Assembly: GCA_964531645.1 (NCBI GenBank)
Contig: CAZHEF010000001.1
Location: forward strand, 227,750 to 291,749
Source: an uncultured Clostridia bacterium
Lineage (GTDB): Bacteria > Acidobacteriota > Aminicenantia > JBFLYD01 > JBBIMS01
DNA length: 64,000 bases
Reading direction: 5' to 3'
Below are positions 29,258-38,084 of the stretch, one piece after another (positions within the stretch are counted from its first letter, which is position 1; each line of letters starts with the position of its first letter). Below the pieces are notes generated by a model that did not search any database, had not been told where the DNA came from, and saw only the letters and a list, made by a program, of their open reading frames with translations. The translations under genes were made by a program, and so were the position numbers.

Positions 29258-31390
29258 ATGAAAAGAATGATTATTTTTCTTTTGATTTTTCCAATTTTAC
29301 AAATTTATTCATCTCTTCCTAACAAGTTCAGCAAAGAAGGAGAAGAATTTTTAAAGGGTAAATTTACAGGGACTGCTTTATTCGAAGAAGGGATAATCCT
29401 TTCCTTCAAAGACAAAAAGATTGATTCCCCTTCCGAGGAATTTTATTTCTCTACAATATCTGACTCCAAGGGAAATTTGTATCTGGGAACAGGCCATGAC
29501 GGAAAGTTATGGCTGATTGATTCAAAAGGGAAAGCCTCTCTTTTTTTTGATGCACCTGAAATGGATATTCTTGCTCTTGCCTTCGATTCTTCAGGAAATA
29601 TATATTGTGCAACATCTCCCAACGGAAAGGTATATAAAATATCTTCTGATGGTAAATCGAATGTATTTTTTGATCCGGAGGAAAAATTTATCTGGGATAT
29701 AGTTCTTGATGAAAAAGGAAATCTATATGTTGCTTGCGGCGAGAAGGCTATTATTTATAGAGTCTCTCCTGATGGCTCAGCAAAGGATATTTTCACTTCC
29801 TCTGAAAATCATATTTTTAAAATTCTTCTCACAAAAGAGGGAATACTGGCAGGAACAGGAGGGGAAGGACTCCTGATAAAGGTTTCAGACAATAAATTTT
29901 CTGTTGTTTATGACCCTCCCTATAAAGAAGTGAAGGAAGTAATTCTTGATCCCCAGAATAATATCTGGATAGGTTGTAATGCAAAAACCTCAGAACAAAA
30001 AATGGCTCCTCCAAAAGAAACGCCTATAAGTGTTATGCCATCAGTCTCGGTTGAGGTAGTAGCATTTGCCATTCCCGCTGAGACCAAAGAAGTTAAGATT
30101 CCTGAGGAAGAAAAGGGGGGTGGAATTTTTAAAATAACTCCTTCAGGACTTGCAAAGGAGGTGTGGTCTTCCTCTGATGAGGTTGTTTATTCTTTAAGTT
30201 ATTCAAGAAAAGAGGAGAAAATTTACTTTGGAACAGGGCCAAAAGGGAGAATTTATGCTATAGATAGTAATGAGAAAAAATATCTCGTTCTTCAGAAAGA
30301 TTCTGAAAGTATATATAGGATAACTGACAATTATTTTATAACCAATAACCCTGCCAAATTGTTCAGCATTGAACCATCCCAAACCCTTGAAGGTGAATAT
30401 ATTTCTGAGATAATTGATGCGGGGATGATTTCCAACTGGGGAAGAATAAACTGGGTTGCAGATATTCCTGAAGGAACATCTGTTCAGCTCATGACAAGAA
30501 GTGGGAACAAAAAGGTTGTTGATGAAAGCTGGAGCGGATGGTCTCCTCCATACAAAAATATTCTGGGTGAAAATGTCCTTAGTCCCAGGGGAAGATTCAT
30601 TCAGTTCAGAGCTCTTCTAAAATCCTCTCTCTCCCTGAAAACTCCTGTTATAAGAAGGGTTGAGATATTTTACCTTCAGGTAAATGTACCTCCTCTTATA
30701 AAGAGCATAAAAGTTCATCCTCCCCATGAAACATTTCAGAAGCCTTTGAGCCTTGAAGAGGAAATCATGGGTTATGAGAAGGATAAGGGTTTGCCAGAAA
30801 AGGAAAGAACCGATGAGGTATTGACTTTAATGGCTAAAACTACTGGAAAGAAGATCTATAAAAAAGGGTTCAGGACGATTTCATGGGAGGCTGAAGATCC
30901 TAACAAGGACAAACTTTCCTATTCTGTACTTATTAAGGAGGAAGGGGATAAAGATTGGAGGGTAATTAAAAGTGATTATACTGAAACTATAATTTCCCTC
31001 GACACATTTATCTTTGAAGATGGAATATATAGAGTAAAAATCGTTGCTTCGGATGTTCTTTCCAATCCTTTAGATTTAGCCCTTCAAAGTGGAAAAGTTT
31101 CTCTCCCATTTTATATTGACAATACTCCTCCTACTGTTGAAGGAATATCCTTTCAAGAAATTGCTGGTAAAAGGCAGCTTCTTTTCACCGCAAAGGACAA
31201 TATTACTCCCATAAAAGAAGTCTATTATTCATACGAATTAGGGAAATGGCTTGTGGCTTTCCCGAAGGATGGAATTTGTGACAGTCCAGTTGAGGATTTT
31301 GTTCTTGAAATTCCGAGAGATAAAAAGGATATTGTTATAAAAGTTGTGGATACTCTTGACAATGTAGCGGTTGTAAAAAAGAGCTTTTAG
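29258..31390 (+). CDS. secreted beta-propeller repeat protein with C-terminal beta-sandwich (Y_Y_Y/FN3-like) domains
   Basis: Signal peptide. Repeated GN[LI]Y.G/A.. motifs (GNLYLGTG, GNIYCAT, GNLYVACG, NNIWIGC) typical of Reg_prop-type propeller blades. Confidence 0.5.
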   Translation: MKRMIIFLLIFPILQIYSSLPNKFSKEGEEFLKGKFTGTALFEEGIILSFKDKKIDSPSEEFYFSTISDSKGNLYLGTGHDGKLWLIDSKGKASLFFDAPEMDILALAFDSSGNIYCATSPNGKVYKISSDGKSNVFFDPEEKFIWDIVLDEKGNLYVACGEKAIIYRVSPDGSAKDIFTSSENHIFKILLTKEGILAGTGGEGLLIKVSDNKFSVVYDPPYKEVKEVILDPQNNIWIGCNAKTSEQKMAPPKETPISVMPSVSVEVVAFAIPAETKEVKIPEEEKGGGIFKITPSGLAKEVWSSSDEVVYSLSYSRKEEKIYFGTGPKGRIYAIDSNEKKYLVLQKDSESIYRITDNYFITNNPAKLFSIEPSQTLEGEYISEIIDAGMISNWGRINWVADIPEGTSVQLMTRSGNKKVVDESWSGWSPPYKNILGENVLSPRGRFIQFRALLKSSLSLKTPVIRRVEIFYLQVNVPPLIKSIKVHPPHETFQKPLSLEEEIMGYEKDKGLPEKERTDEVLTLMAKTTGKKIYKKGFRTISWEAEDPNKDKLSYSVLIKEEGDKDWRVIKSDYTETIISLDTFIFEDGIYRVKIVASDVLSNPLDLALQSGKVSLPFYIDNTPPTVEGISFQEIAGKRQLLFTAKDNITPIKEVYYSYELGKWLVAFPKDGICDSPVEDFVLEIPRDKKDIVIKVVDTLDNVAVVKKSF

Positions 31391-31510
31391 TTTTTAATGA
31401 TTTTTTCAAAGGCGTCAATTGTTGATATCATTGTTATAAATAATCATTCAGTTCCCTTTAATTTTTTTTTCTTTTCCAATATAATAATAAAGATATGAAT
31501 GAGAAAATAA

Positions 31511-31526
31511 TGTTTCACGTGAAACA
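31511..31526. promoter_or_regulatory. parS: parS centromere site (perfect 16-bp palindrome TGTTTCACGTGAAACA)
   Basis: Exact match to the canonical parS consensus tGTTtCACGTGAAAca. Overlaps the parA start codon. Confidence 0.8.
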
Positions 31527-32287
31527 TGAGGCATAAAATATTATCTATAGCCAATCAGAAAGGTGGTGTTGGTAAAACAACCACCGCAATAAATCTCTCT
31601 GCCTGTCTCTCAGCAGCAGAAAAGAGAGTCCTTCTAATAGATATGGACCCCCAGGGGAATGCCACCAGTGGATTGGGTTTGAAAAGGGAGGATGAAGGGG
31701 GTTCCCTTTACGATGTCTTAATGAATGGAAATCCCATGGAGAAAATAATAACTTCTACTGAGGTTCCTTTCCTTTTCCTATGTCCTTCTTCCCGTTCCCT
31801 CTTTGAGGCAGAGATTTCTCTTCATGGAAAGGAAGGAAGGGAAAAAAAATTGCTTTCAGCTCTTAACCCAGTTGCAAATCAATATGATTACATTTTAATT
31901 GATTGTCCTCCATCTCTTGGTTATTTAACCCTGAATGCTCTTGTGGCTTGTGATTCGGTCATCATTCCTTTACAATGTGAATATTATGCAATGGAAGGGC
32001 TTTCAGACCTTCTTAACACTCTTGAAGAGGTGAAAAAATACCTGAATTCCCATCTGGAAATTGAGGGAATATTACTAACCATGTTCGATGAAAGGACAAA
32101 TCTTTCCCATGAGGTTGAAAAGGAAATAAGGGAAGTTTTCGGACAAAAGGTTTTTAAAACCGTTGTTCCTAGAAGTGTGAAGCTTAGTGAAGCACCAAGC
32201 TTTGGAAAGCCCATAATTCTTTACGATATTAAATCTAAGGGGGCGATTGCATATTTAAATCTTGCAAAGGAGATATTGGGAAGATGA
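31526..32287 (+). CDS. parA: chromosome partitioning ATPase ParA/Soj
   Basis: Deviant Walker A KGGVGKTT. 253 aa. Confidence 0.9.
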   Translation: MRHKILSIANQKGGVGKTTTAINLSACLSAAEKRVLLIDMDPQGNATSGLGLKREDEGGSLYDVLMNGNPMEKIITSTEVPFLFLCPSSRSLFEAEISLHGKEGREKKLLSALNPVANQYDYILIDCPPSLGYLTLNALVACDSVIIPLQCEYYAMEGLSDLLNTLEEVKKYLNSHLEIEGILLTMFDERTNLSHEVEKEIREVFGQKVFKTVVPRSVKLSEAPSFGKPIILYDIKSKGAIAYLNLAKEILGR

Positions 32288-33117
32288 CAAGAAAAGTTCT
32301 TGGTAGAGGAATTAAGGCATTATTATCCGATGAAGTTACCCTCCTCAAAGATGAGAAATTTGTTGAGATTGATATTGACCTCATTCATCCGAACCCATAT
32401 CAGCCAAGAAAAAATTTCTCTGAAGAAAGCATGAAGGAGCTTGTGGAGTCAATAAAGGAGGCGGGCATAATTCAGCCTGTTCTTGTTACTCCTGATGAAA
32501 GTGGTTATACCCTTGTAGTGGGAGAAAGGAGATGGAGGGCAGCCCAGATATTAGGACTGACAAAAATTCCAGCTGTTGTTAAAAATATAGAGCCTTCCCA
32601 GCAACTGGAACTTGCTCTCATTGAAAATCTTCAGAGGGAGGATCTTAATCCCATAGAAGTTGCAACAGCTTATCAGAAATTGATTGAAATTTCAAATCTT
32701 ACCCATGAGGATCTTGCAAAGAAAGTTGGAAAGGATCGTAGTTCAGTAACAAATTATCTTAGACTTTTGAAATTACCCGATGAGATAAAAGAGATGATTT
32801 CTGAAGGTAAAATTGATATGGGACATGCAAGGACGCTTCTTGCCGTTGATGATCCAGAGATACAGAGAAAAATGGCAAGAATAGTTTATGAAAAAGGGCT
32901 CTCTGTGAGAGAGCTTGAAAGAATTTTAAAGAGAGGCTCTTATAAGAAAAAAAGAGAGGGGTTTGTTTCAATGCCAATTCTTGAAGAGGAGCTCAGGAAA
33001 ATATTTTCAACAAAGGTCAAAGTTATGAAAAGAGGCAAGGGAGGCTATCTTTTAATAAGATTTTATTCTGATGAAGAGCTTGAAAGGATTTGCAATATAA
33101 TTAAAGGAGGAAATTGA
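32284..33117 (+). CDS. parB: chromosome partitioning protein ParB/Spo0J
   Basis: ParB box GERRWRAA and an HTH region. Confidence 0.9.
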   Translation: MTRKVLGRGIKALLSDEVTLLKDEKFVEIDIDLIHPNPYQPRKNFSEESMKELVESIKEAGIIQPVLVTPDESGYTLVVGERRWRAAQILGLTKIPAVVKNIEPSQQLELALIENLQREDLNPIEVATAYQKLIEISNLTHEDLAKKVGKDRSSVTNYLRLLKLPDEIKEMISEGKIDMGHARTLLAVDDPEIQRKMARIVYEKGLSVRELERILKRGSYKKKREGFVSMPILEEELRKIFSTKVKVMKRGKGGYLLIRFYSDEELERICNIIKGGN

Positions 33118-33118
33118 A

Positions 33119-33472
33119 ATGAAGTTTAAGAAAGAAGGAGAAGCAGGAGATTTTACTGGTTTTATTGATGAAGGAGCGGAGATAAATGGAGAGCTAAGAT
33201 TTAAAAGTATATTTAGAGTTGATGGACAGATAAAGGGAAAGGTTTTTTCTGATTCTGAACTTCACATTGGGGAGAAGGGAGTTGTTGAAGCTGAAATTGA
33301 AATTGGGAGTGTTTTTATCAATGGGATATTCAGGGGAAAAATTCTTGCAAAAAACATAGTCCATATTCATGCCAGTGGAAAGGTTTTTGGGGAGATAGAA
33401 ACTCCGGTTCTGGTAATTGAAGAGGGTGCAATTTTCCAGGGTAATTGCAAAATGCAAGACAAAACAGTATGA
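33119..33472 (+). CDS. bactofilin (DUF583 beta-helical cytoskeletal protein)
   Basis: 117 aa. Repetitive hydrophobic/Gly beta-helix pattern (GELRFKSIFRVDGQIKGKV...GSVFINGIFRGKI). Confidence 0.8.
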   Translation: MKFKKEGEAGDFTGFIDEGAEINGELRFKSIFRVDGQIKGKVFSDSELHIGEKGVVEAEIEIGSVFINGIFRGKILAKNIVHIHASGKVFGEIETPVLVIEEGAIFQGNCKMQDKTV

Positions 33473-34185
33473 AAAGGGGTGTAGCAATAATTCCAGCCCG
33501 TTATCATTCAACAAGATTTCCTGGGAAACCTCTTGTTCTGCTTAAAGGGAAGCCACTCATTCAGCATGTCTGGGAAAGAGCATCAAAGGCAAAGAATATC
33601 GAGAAGGTTTTAGTAGCAACAGATAATGAAAAGATTGGAAGGATTGTGAAGGAATTTGGTGGAGAATGTATAATGACATCTCAAGAGCATAAAAGTGGAA
33701 CTGATAGAGTTGCGGAGGTCATAGAAAAAATGGATTTCGGGATAATAGTAAATGTCCAGGGAGATGAACCCATGATTGAACCCATGCTGGTTGATAGAAT
33801 TGTTGAGGTTCTTAATGATGAAAGAGTTCCCATGGCATCGATTTATGAGATTTGGGATGATAGGGAATTATTTTTTAATCCCAATATTGTGAAAGTAGTT
33901 GTGGACAAAGATGGATTTGCAATTTATTTTTCAAGAAGCCCGATCCCATATTCAAAAGATAATTCCAAATTTTTTCGCCATGTCGGTATTTATGGATATA
34001 AAAAAGATGTTCTCCTTAATCTTGTAAGGCTTCCCAGATCATCCCTTGAAATTAAAGAGAATCTTGAACAGCTAAGAGCTATTGAAAATGGAATAAAAAT
34101 AAAAATGATAGAGTCAAAGAAGAAAACAAAGGGGGTCGACACCCCCGAGGATTTAATGGAAGTGGAGAGGTTATTGGATGAGTAA
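33445..34185 (+). CDS. kdsB: 3-deoxy-manno-octulosonate cytidylyltransferase (CMP-KDO synthetase)
   Basis: VAIIPARYHSTRFPGKPL N-terminus. A start at the internal ATG near 33469 is possible. Confidence 0.85.
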   Translation: MQNARQNSMKRGVAIIPARYHSTRFPGKPLVLLKGKPLIQHVWERASKAKNIEKVLVATDNEKIGRIVKEFGGECIMTSQEHKSGTDRVAEVIEKMDFGIIVNVQGDEPMIEPMLVDRIVEVLNDERVPMASIYEIWDDRELFFNPNIVKVVVDKDGFAIYFSRSPIPYSKDNSKFFRHVGIYGYKKDVLLNLVRLPRSSLEIKENLEQLRAIENGIKIKMIESKKKTKGVDTPEDLMEVERLLDE

Positions 34186-35776
34186 ATTTATTTTTGTTAC
34201 TGGTGGAGTTCTTTCTTCCCTTGGAAAGGGGATTGCATCTGCTTCTATAGGAACCCTTCTCGAGAGCATGGGATTTAAAATAAGTTTCCTCAAATTTGAC
34301 CCATATTTAAATGTTGATCCAGGGACACTCAGCCCCTATCAGCATGGAGAGGTTTATGTTACTGAGGATGGAGCAGAAACAGATCTTGACCTTGGACATT
34401 ACGAGAGATTTACAAGTATTACAACCTCTCAGGCTAACAACTGGACAGCGGGAAGGATATATGCATCAATAATCGAGAAAGAGAGAAGGGGAGATTATCT
34501 TGGAAAGACTGTTCAGGTGATACCCAATGTAACAGATGAAATAAAAAATGCTATTTTTGCAGTTGCAAAGGATGTTGATATAGTGATAGTGGAGGTGGGA
34601 GGAACTGTGGGAGATATAGAGAGCCTTCCCTTCCTTGAGTCAATAAGGCAGATGAGACTTGAGCGGGGTTCAAAGAACACATTGTTTATCCATCTAACTC
34701 TTATCCCATACATACCTACAGCAGGAGAAATAAAGACAAAACCTACTCAGCACAGTGTGAAGGAGCTAAGGGAAATAGGAATTCAACCCGACATCCTTCT
34801 TTGCAGAACCGATAGATTTCTTTCAAAGGAGATAAAATCAAAAATAGCTCTCTTTACAAATGTGGCGGTGGAATCAGTAATCACAGCCAAGGATGTTGAA
34901 TCTGTTTATGAAGTCCCTCTTGTTTTTCATCAGGAAGGGCTTGACAGCATAATTATTAAGTATCTTGATCTTCCTGGAAGGAATGCTAATCTTGAAAACT
35001 GGCTTGAAATGGTAGATAGAATAAAAAATCCCCTCGACGAAGTGGATATATATGTTGTGGGCAAATATACAATTTTGGCTGATTCCTATAAAAGTCTTGT
35101 AGAAGCTCTAAGACACGGAGGAATGGATCACAGGTTAAAAGTGAACATAAAATGGGTGAAAGCAGAGGAAATTGAGGAAGGAAATGAGGCCTTGTTAAAG
35201 GAGGCTCATGGAATTTTAATACCAGGAGGATTTGATACAAGGGGTATAGAGGGAATGATAAAAACTGTCACCTATGCAAGGGAGAAAGGGATCCCCTTCT
35301 TTGGAATATGTTTAGGAATGCAATGTGCAGTAATTGAATATGTGAGAAATGTTTGTAAAATAAAGGACGCCCATAGCGAAGAGTTCGCCCCTTCAACAAA
35401 AGATAAAGTCTTTATGAAATTGACTGAACTAAGGGGAATTGATCTTATGGGTGGAACAATGAGACTCGGTGGGTACAGATGCATTCTTGATGAGAAATCC
35501 CTCGCCCACAAAATTTATGGAAAAAAGGATATTGTTGAAAGACACAGGCATAGATATGAGTTCAATCCAGCATTTCAGGATCTGATAATTAGTAATGGTA
35601 TGATGGTGAGCGGAATAAATCCAGAAAGGAATCTTGTTGAGATTGTGGAATTGAAGGAGCATCCATGGTTTCTCGGATGCCAGTTCCACCCTGAGTTTAA
35701 GTCAAAACCTTTCAGCCCCCATCCTCTATTTGCGAGTTTTATAAAGGCTGCTTACAAATACAAGAAAAAGAAATGA
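34178..35776 (+). CDS. pyrG: CTP synthase
   Basis: MSKFIFVTGGVLSSLGKG N-terminus. Glutaminase domain GICLGMQ. Confidence 0.95.
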   Translation: MSKFIFVTGGVLSSLGKGIASASIGTLLESMGFKISFLKFDPYLNVDPGTLSPYQHGEVYVTEDGAETDLDLGHYERFTSITTSQANNWTAGRIYASIIEKERRGDYLGKTVQVIPNVTDEIKNAIFAVAKDVDIVIVEVGGTVGDIESLPFLESIRQMRLERGSKNTLFIHLTLIPYIPTAGEIKTKPTQHSVKELREIGIQPDILLCRTDRFLSKEIKSKIALFTNVAVESVITAKDVESVYEVPLVFHQEGLDSIIIKYLDLPGRNANLENWLEMVDRIKNPLDEVDIYVVGKYTILADSYKSLVEALRHGGMDHRLKVNIKWVKAEEIEEGNEALLKEAHGILIPGGFDTRGIEGMIKTVTYAREKGIPFFGICLGMQCAVIEYVRNVCKIKDAHSEEFAPSTKDKVFMKLTELRGIDLMGGTMRLGGYRCILDEKSLAHKIYGKKDIVERHRHRYEFNPAFQDLIISNGMMVSGINPERNLVEIVELKEHPWFLGCQFHPEFKSKPFSPHPLFASFIKAAYKYKKKK

Positions 35777-36600
35777 AGAGGGTAAAGATAAAAGAAAACT
35801 TTATAATCCCTGAATGCGGGCTCTTTTTAATTGCAGGCCCCTGCGTTATTGAAAGTGAAGAGCATACAATTTTCATCGCAGAGGAGTTGAAGAAAATATC
35901 AATAACATTTTCCATTCCGCTAATTTTTAAAGCATCCTTTGACAAAGCCAATAGATTATCAATTAAGTCATTCAGAGGACCAGGTCTTGAGGAGGGGCTC
36001 AGAATTCTAAAAAGAGTAAAGGATGAGTTCGGACTACCTGTTCTTTCCGATGTCCATGAAGTATATCAGGTGGAAAAGGCTCAAGAGACCCTTGATGTGA
36101 TCCAGATACCAGCTTTTCTTTGCCGGCAGACAGATCTTGTTCTTGAGGTTGCGAAAACAGGGAAACCAATTAACCTAAAAAAAGGGCAATTCATGGCGCC
36201 GTGGAACATGCTTTCCATTGTAGAGAAGGCTCTTTCAAAGGATAATGAAAAGATATTTATAACTGAAAGGGGAACAACTTTTGGATACAACAATCTTATT
36301 GTTGACATGAGATCAATTCCAATAATGAGAGATTTTGGATTTCCCGTTGTCATTGACGCCACCCACAGTGTTCAGACTCCAGGTGCCGGTGGAGAGAAGT
36401 CGGGAGGAGATTCAAGGTTTGCTCCCTGCATAGCAAAGGCAGGTGTTGCTGTTGGTGCAGATGGTGTTTTCCTTGAGGTTCATGATGCTCCCGAAAAAGC
36501 CCTTTCCGATGGTCCCAACTCCCTGCTCCTTTCGAAACTCCCTTCTCTCATAAAAGATCTCCTTTCTATTTATACTATTGTTCAAGGAGGAAAGGAGTGA
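35773..36600 (+). CDS. kdsA: 2-dehydro-3-deoxyphosphooctonate aldolase (KDO-8-phosphate synthase)
   Basis: LFLIAGPCVIESEEH. 275 aa. Confidence 0.9.
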   Translation: MKRVKIKENFIIPECGLFLIAGPCVIESEEHTIFIAEELKKISITFSIPLIFKASFDKANRLSIKSFRGPGLEEGLRILKRVKDEFGLPVLSDVHEVYQVEKAQETLDVIQIPAFLCRQTDLVLEVAKTGKPINLKKGQFMAPWNMLSIVEKALSKDNEKIFITERGTTFGYNNLIVDMRSIPIMRDFGFPVVIDATHSVQTPGAGGEKSGGDSRFAPCIAKAGVAVGADGVFLEVHDAPEKALSDGPNSLLLSKLPSLIKDLLSIYTIVQGGKE

Positions 36601-37550
36601 AGGAAATAGGTAAAAGGGTTTTAGCGGTTGAAGCCAATGCAATTAAGAAGATCAGTGAAAGGCTTGATAGAAACTTTGACCAGGCTGTTGAGCTTTTATA
36701 TAACACAGGGGGAAGGATAATTGTCACAGGAATAGGAAAATCTGGTCTTATAGGAAGGAAAATTGCTGCTACATTCACTTCAACGGGAACTCCCTCTGTT
36801 TTCATCCACTCTACAGATGCAGTTCATGGAGACCTTGGAGCCTTTCAGAAGGAAGATGTTGTCATTGTAATTTCTTACAGCGGAGAGACGGAGGAGGTGA
36901 TCTCTTTATTGCATTACATTAAAAGGATAGGTTCCAAACTAATAGGAATTACTGGAAATCCAAATTCCAAACTGGCAAAGCACAGTGATGTTGTTCTTGA
37001 TGTGAGTGTTGAAAGGGAGGCCTGTCCCATAGGGCTTGTTCCCACAACCTCCACTACTGCAACCCTTGCCCTTGGTGATGCCCTTGCAGTAGCTTTAATG
37101 GAGAGGAGAGGGTTTACTGAAGAAGATTTTCTCTTTTACCATCCCGGAGGTCAAATTGGCAAGAAACTCTTAAAAGTTAAGCATTTGATGCATGTTAAAG
37201 ATGAAATACCGATTGTAAATGTAAACACTAAAATGAAAGACGCTATAAAGGAGATGACTGCAAAAAAACTCGGTGTAACATCGGTTGTGGACATGAATGG
37301 AAAGCTTGTTGGAATTATTACAGATGGAGATCTGAGGAGACTCCTTATTAAATATGGGGATATTTTAGAGAAAGCTGCTTGTGAATGCATGCATCCTGAT
37401 CCAATAACAATCGACAAAGAAGAAGTTGCAACAAAAGCTCTGCAGATAATGGAAGAGAAGAAAATAACATCCCTACTCATAAAAGATAAAAATGGAAGAG
37501 TTGAGGGAATAATCCATCTCCATGATCTGTGGAGAACAGAACTCTTCTGA
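36597..37550 (+). CDS. kdsD: arabinose-5-phosphate isomerase (SIS + tandem CBS domains)
   Basis: GRIIVTGIGKSGLIGRKIAATF SIS motif plus a C-terminal CBS pair. Confidence 0.85.
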   Translation: MKEIGKRVLAVEANAIKKISERLDRNFDQAVELLYNTGGRIIVTGIGKSGLIGRKIAATFTSTGTPSVFIHSTDAVHGDLGAFQKEDVVIVISYSGETEEVISLLHYIKRIGSKLIGITGNPNSKLAKHSDVVLDVSVEREACPIGLVPTTSTTATLALGDALAVALMERRGFTEEDFLFYHPGGQIGKKLLKVKHLMHVKDEIPIVNVNTKMKDAIKEMTAKKLGVTSVVDMNGKLVGIITDGDLRRLLIKYGDILEKAACECMHPDPITIDKEEVATKALQIMEEKKITSLLIKDKNGRVEGIIHLHDLWRTELF

Positions 37551-37558
37551 GGTAAAAA

Positions 37559-38077
37559 ATGAAAAATCTGGAAAGAATTAAATTATTAGCCATTGATGTT
37601 GATGGAACAATGACAGATGGGACAATCTATCTCCTTGGAAATGGAGAAGAGATAAAGGGGTTCAATGTTAAGGATGGAACAGGGATAGTTCTTGCAAAGC
37701 TTGCGGGAATTATTCCAGTGATAATAAGTGGTAAAAAATCAAAAGCTGTTAATAAAAGAGTAAAAACATTGGGGATAGAGGATTATTATGAAGGAGTGAA
37801 TGACAAGAGAGGAGTTATGGAAGATATATTGAAAAAATATAAACTTCAATGGGAAAATTGTTGTTTTATAGGGGATGATATAGTAGATATGGAAGTTATA
37901 AAGCTGGCAGGATTCTCAGCTTCTCCAAAGGATGCCCATCCTTCAGTAAAAAGTATTGTTGATTTTATAAGTAATTATGAAGGGGGGAAAGGAGCTGTAA
38001 GGGAAATAATAGATTTTATACTAAAAAATCAGAATAAGCTTGAAGAATCAATAAAAAAGTTCAATCGGGTCTTTTAG
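37559..38077 (+). CDS. kdsC: KDO-8-phosphate phosphatase (HAD family)
   Basis: LAIDVDGTMTDG HAD motif I. 172 aa. Confidence 0.8.
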   Translation: MKNLERIKLLAIDVDGTMTDGTIYLLGNGEEIKGFNVKDGTGIVLAKLAGIIPVIISGKKSKAVNKRVKTLGIEDYYEGVNDKRGVMEDILKKYKLQWENCCFIGDDIVDMEVIKLAGFSASPKDAHPSVKSIVDFISNYEGGKGAVREIIDFILKNQNKLEESIKKFNRVF

Positions 38078-38084
38078 TTTTTCA

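Noticed and set aside
31471-31490. TATAAT hexamer (31480-31485) as the parA promoter -10
   Set aside because: No acceptable -35 at 16-18 nt spacing, and TATAAT-like hexamers occur by chance in this AT-rich DNA.
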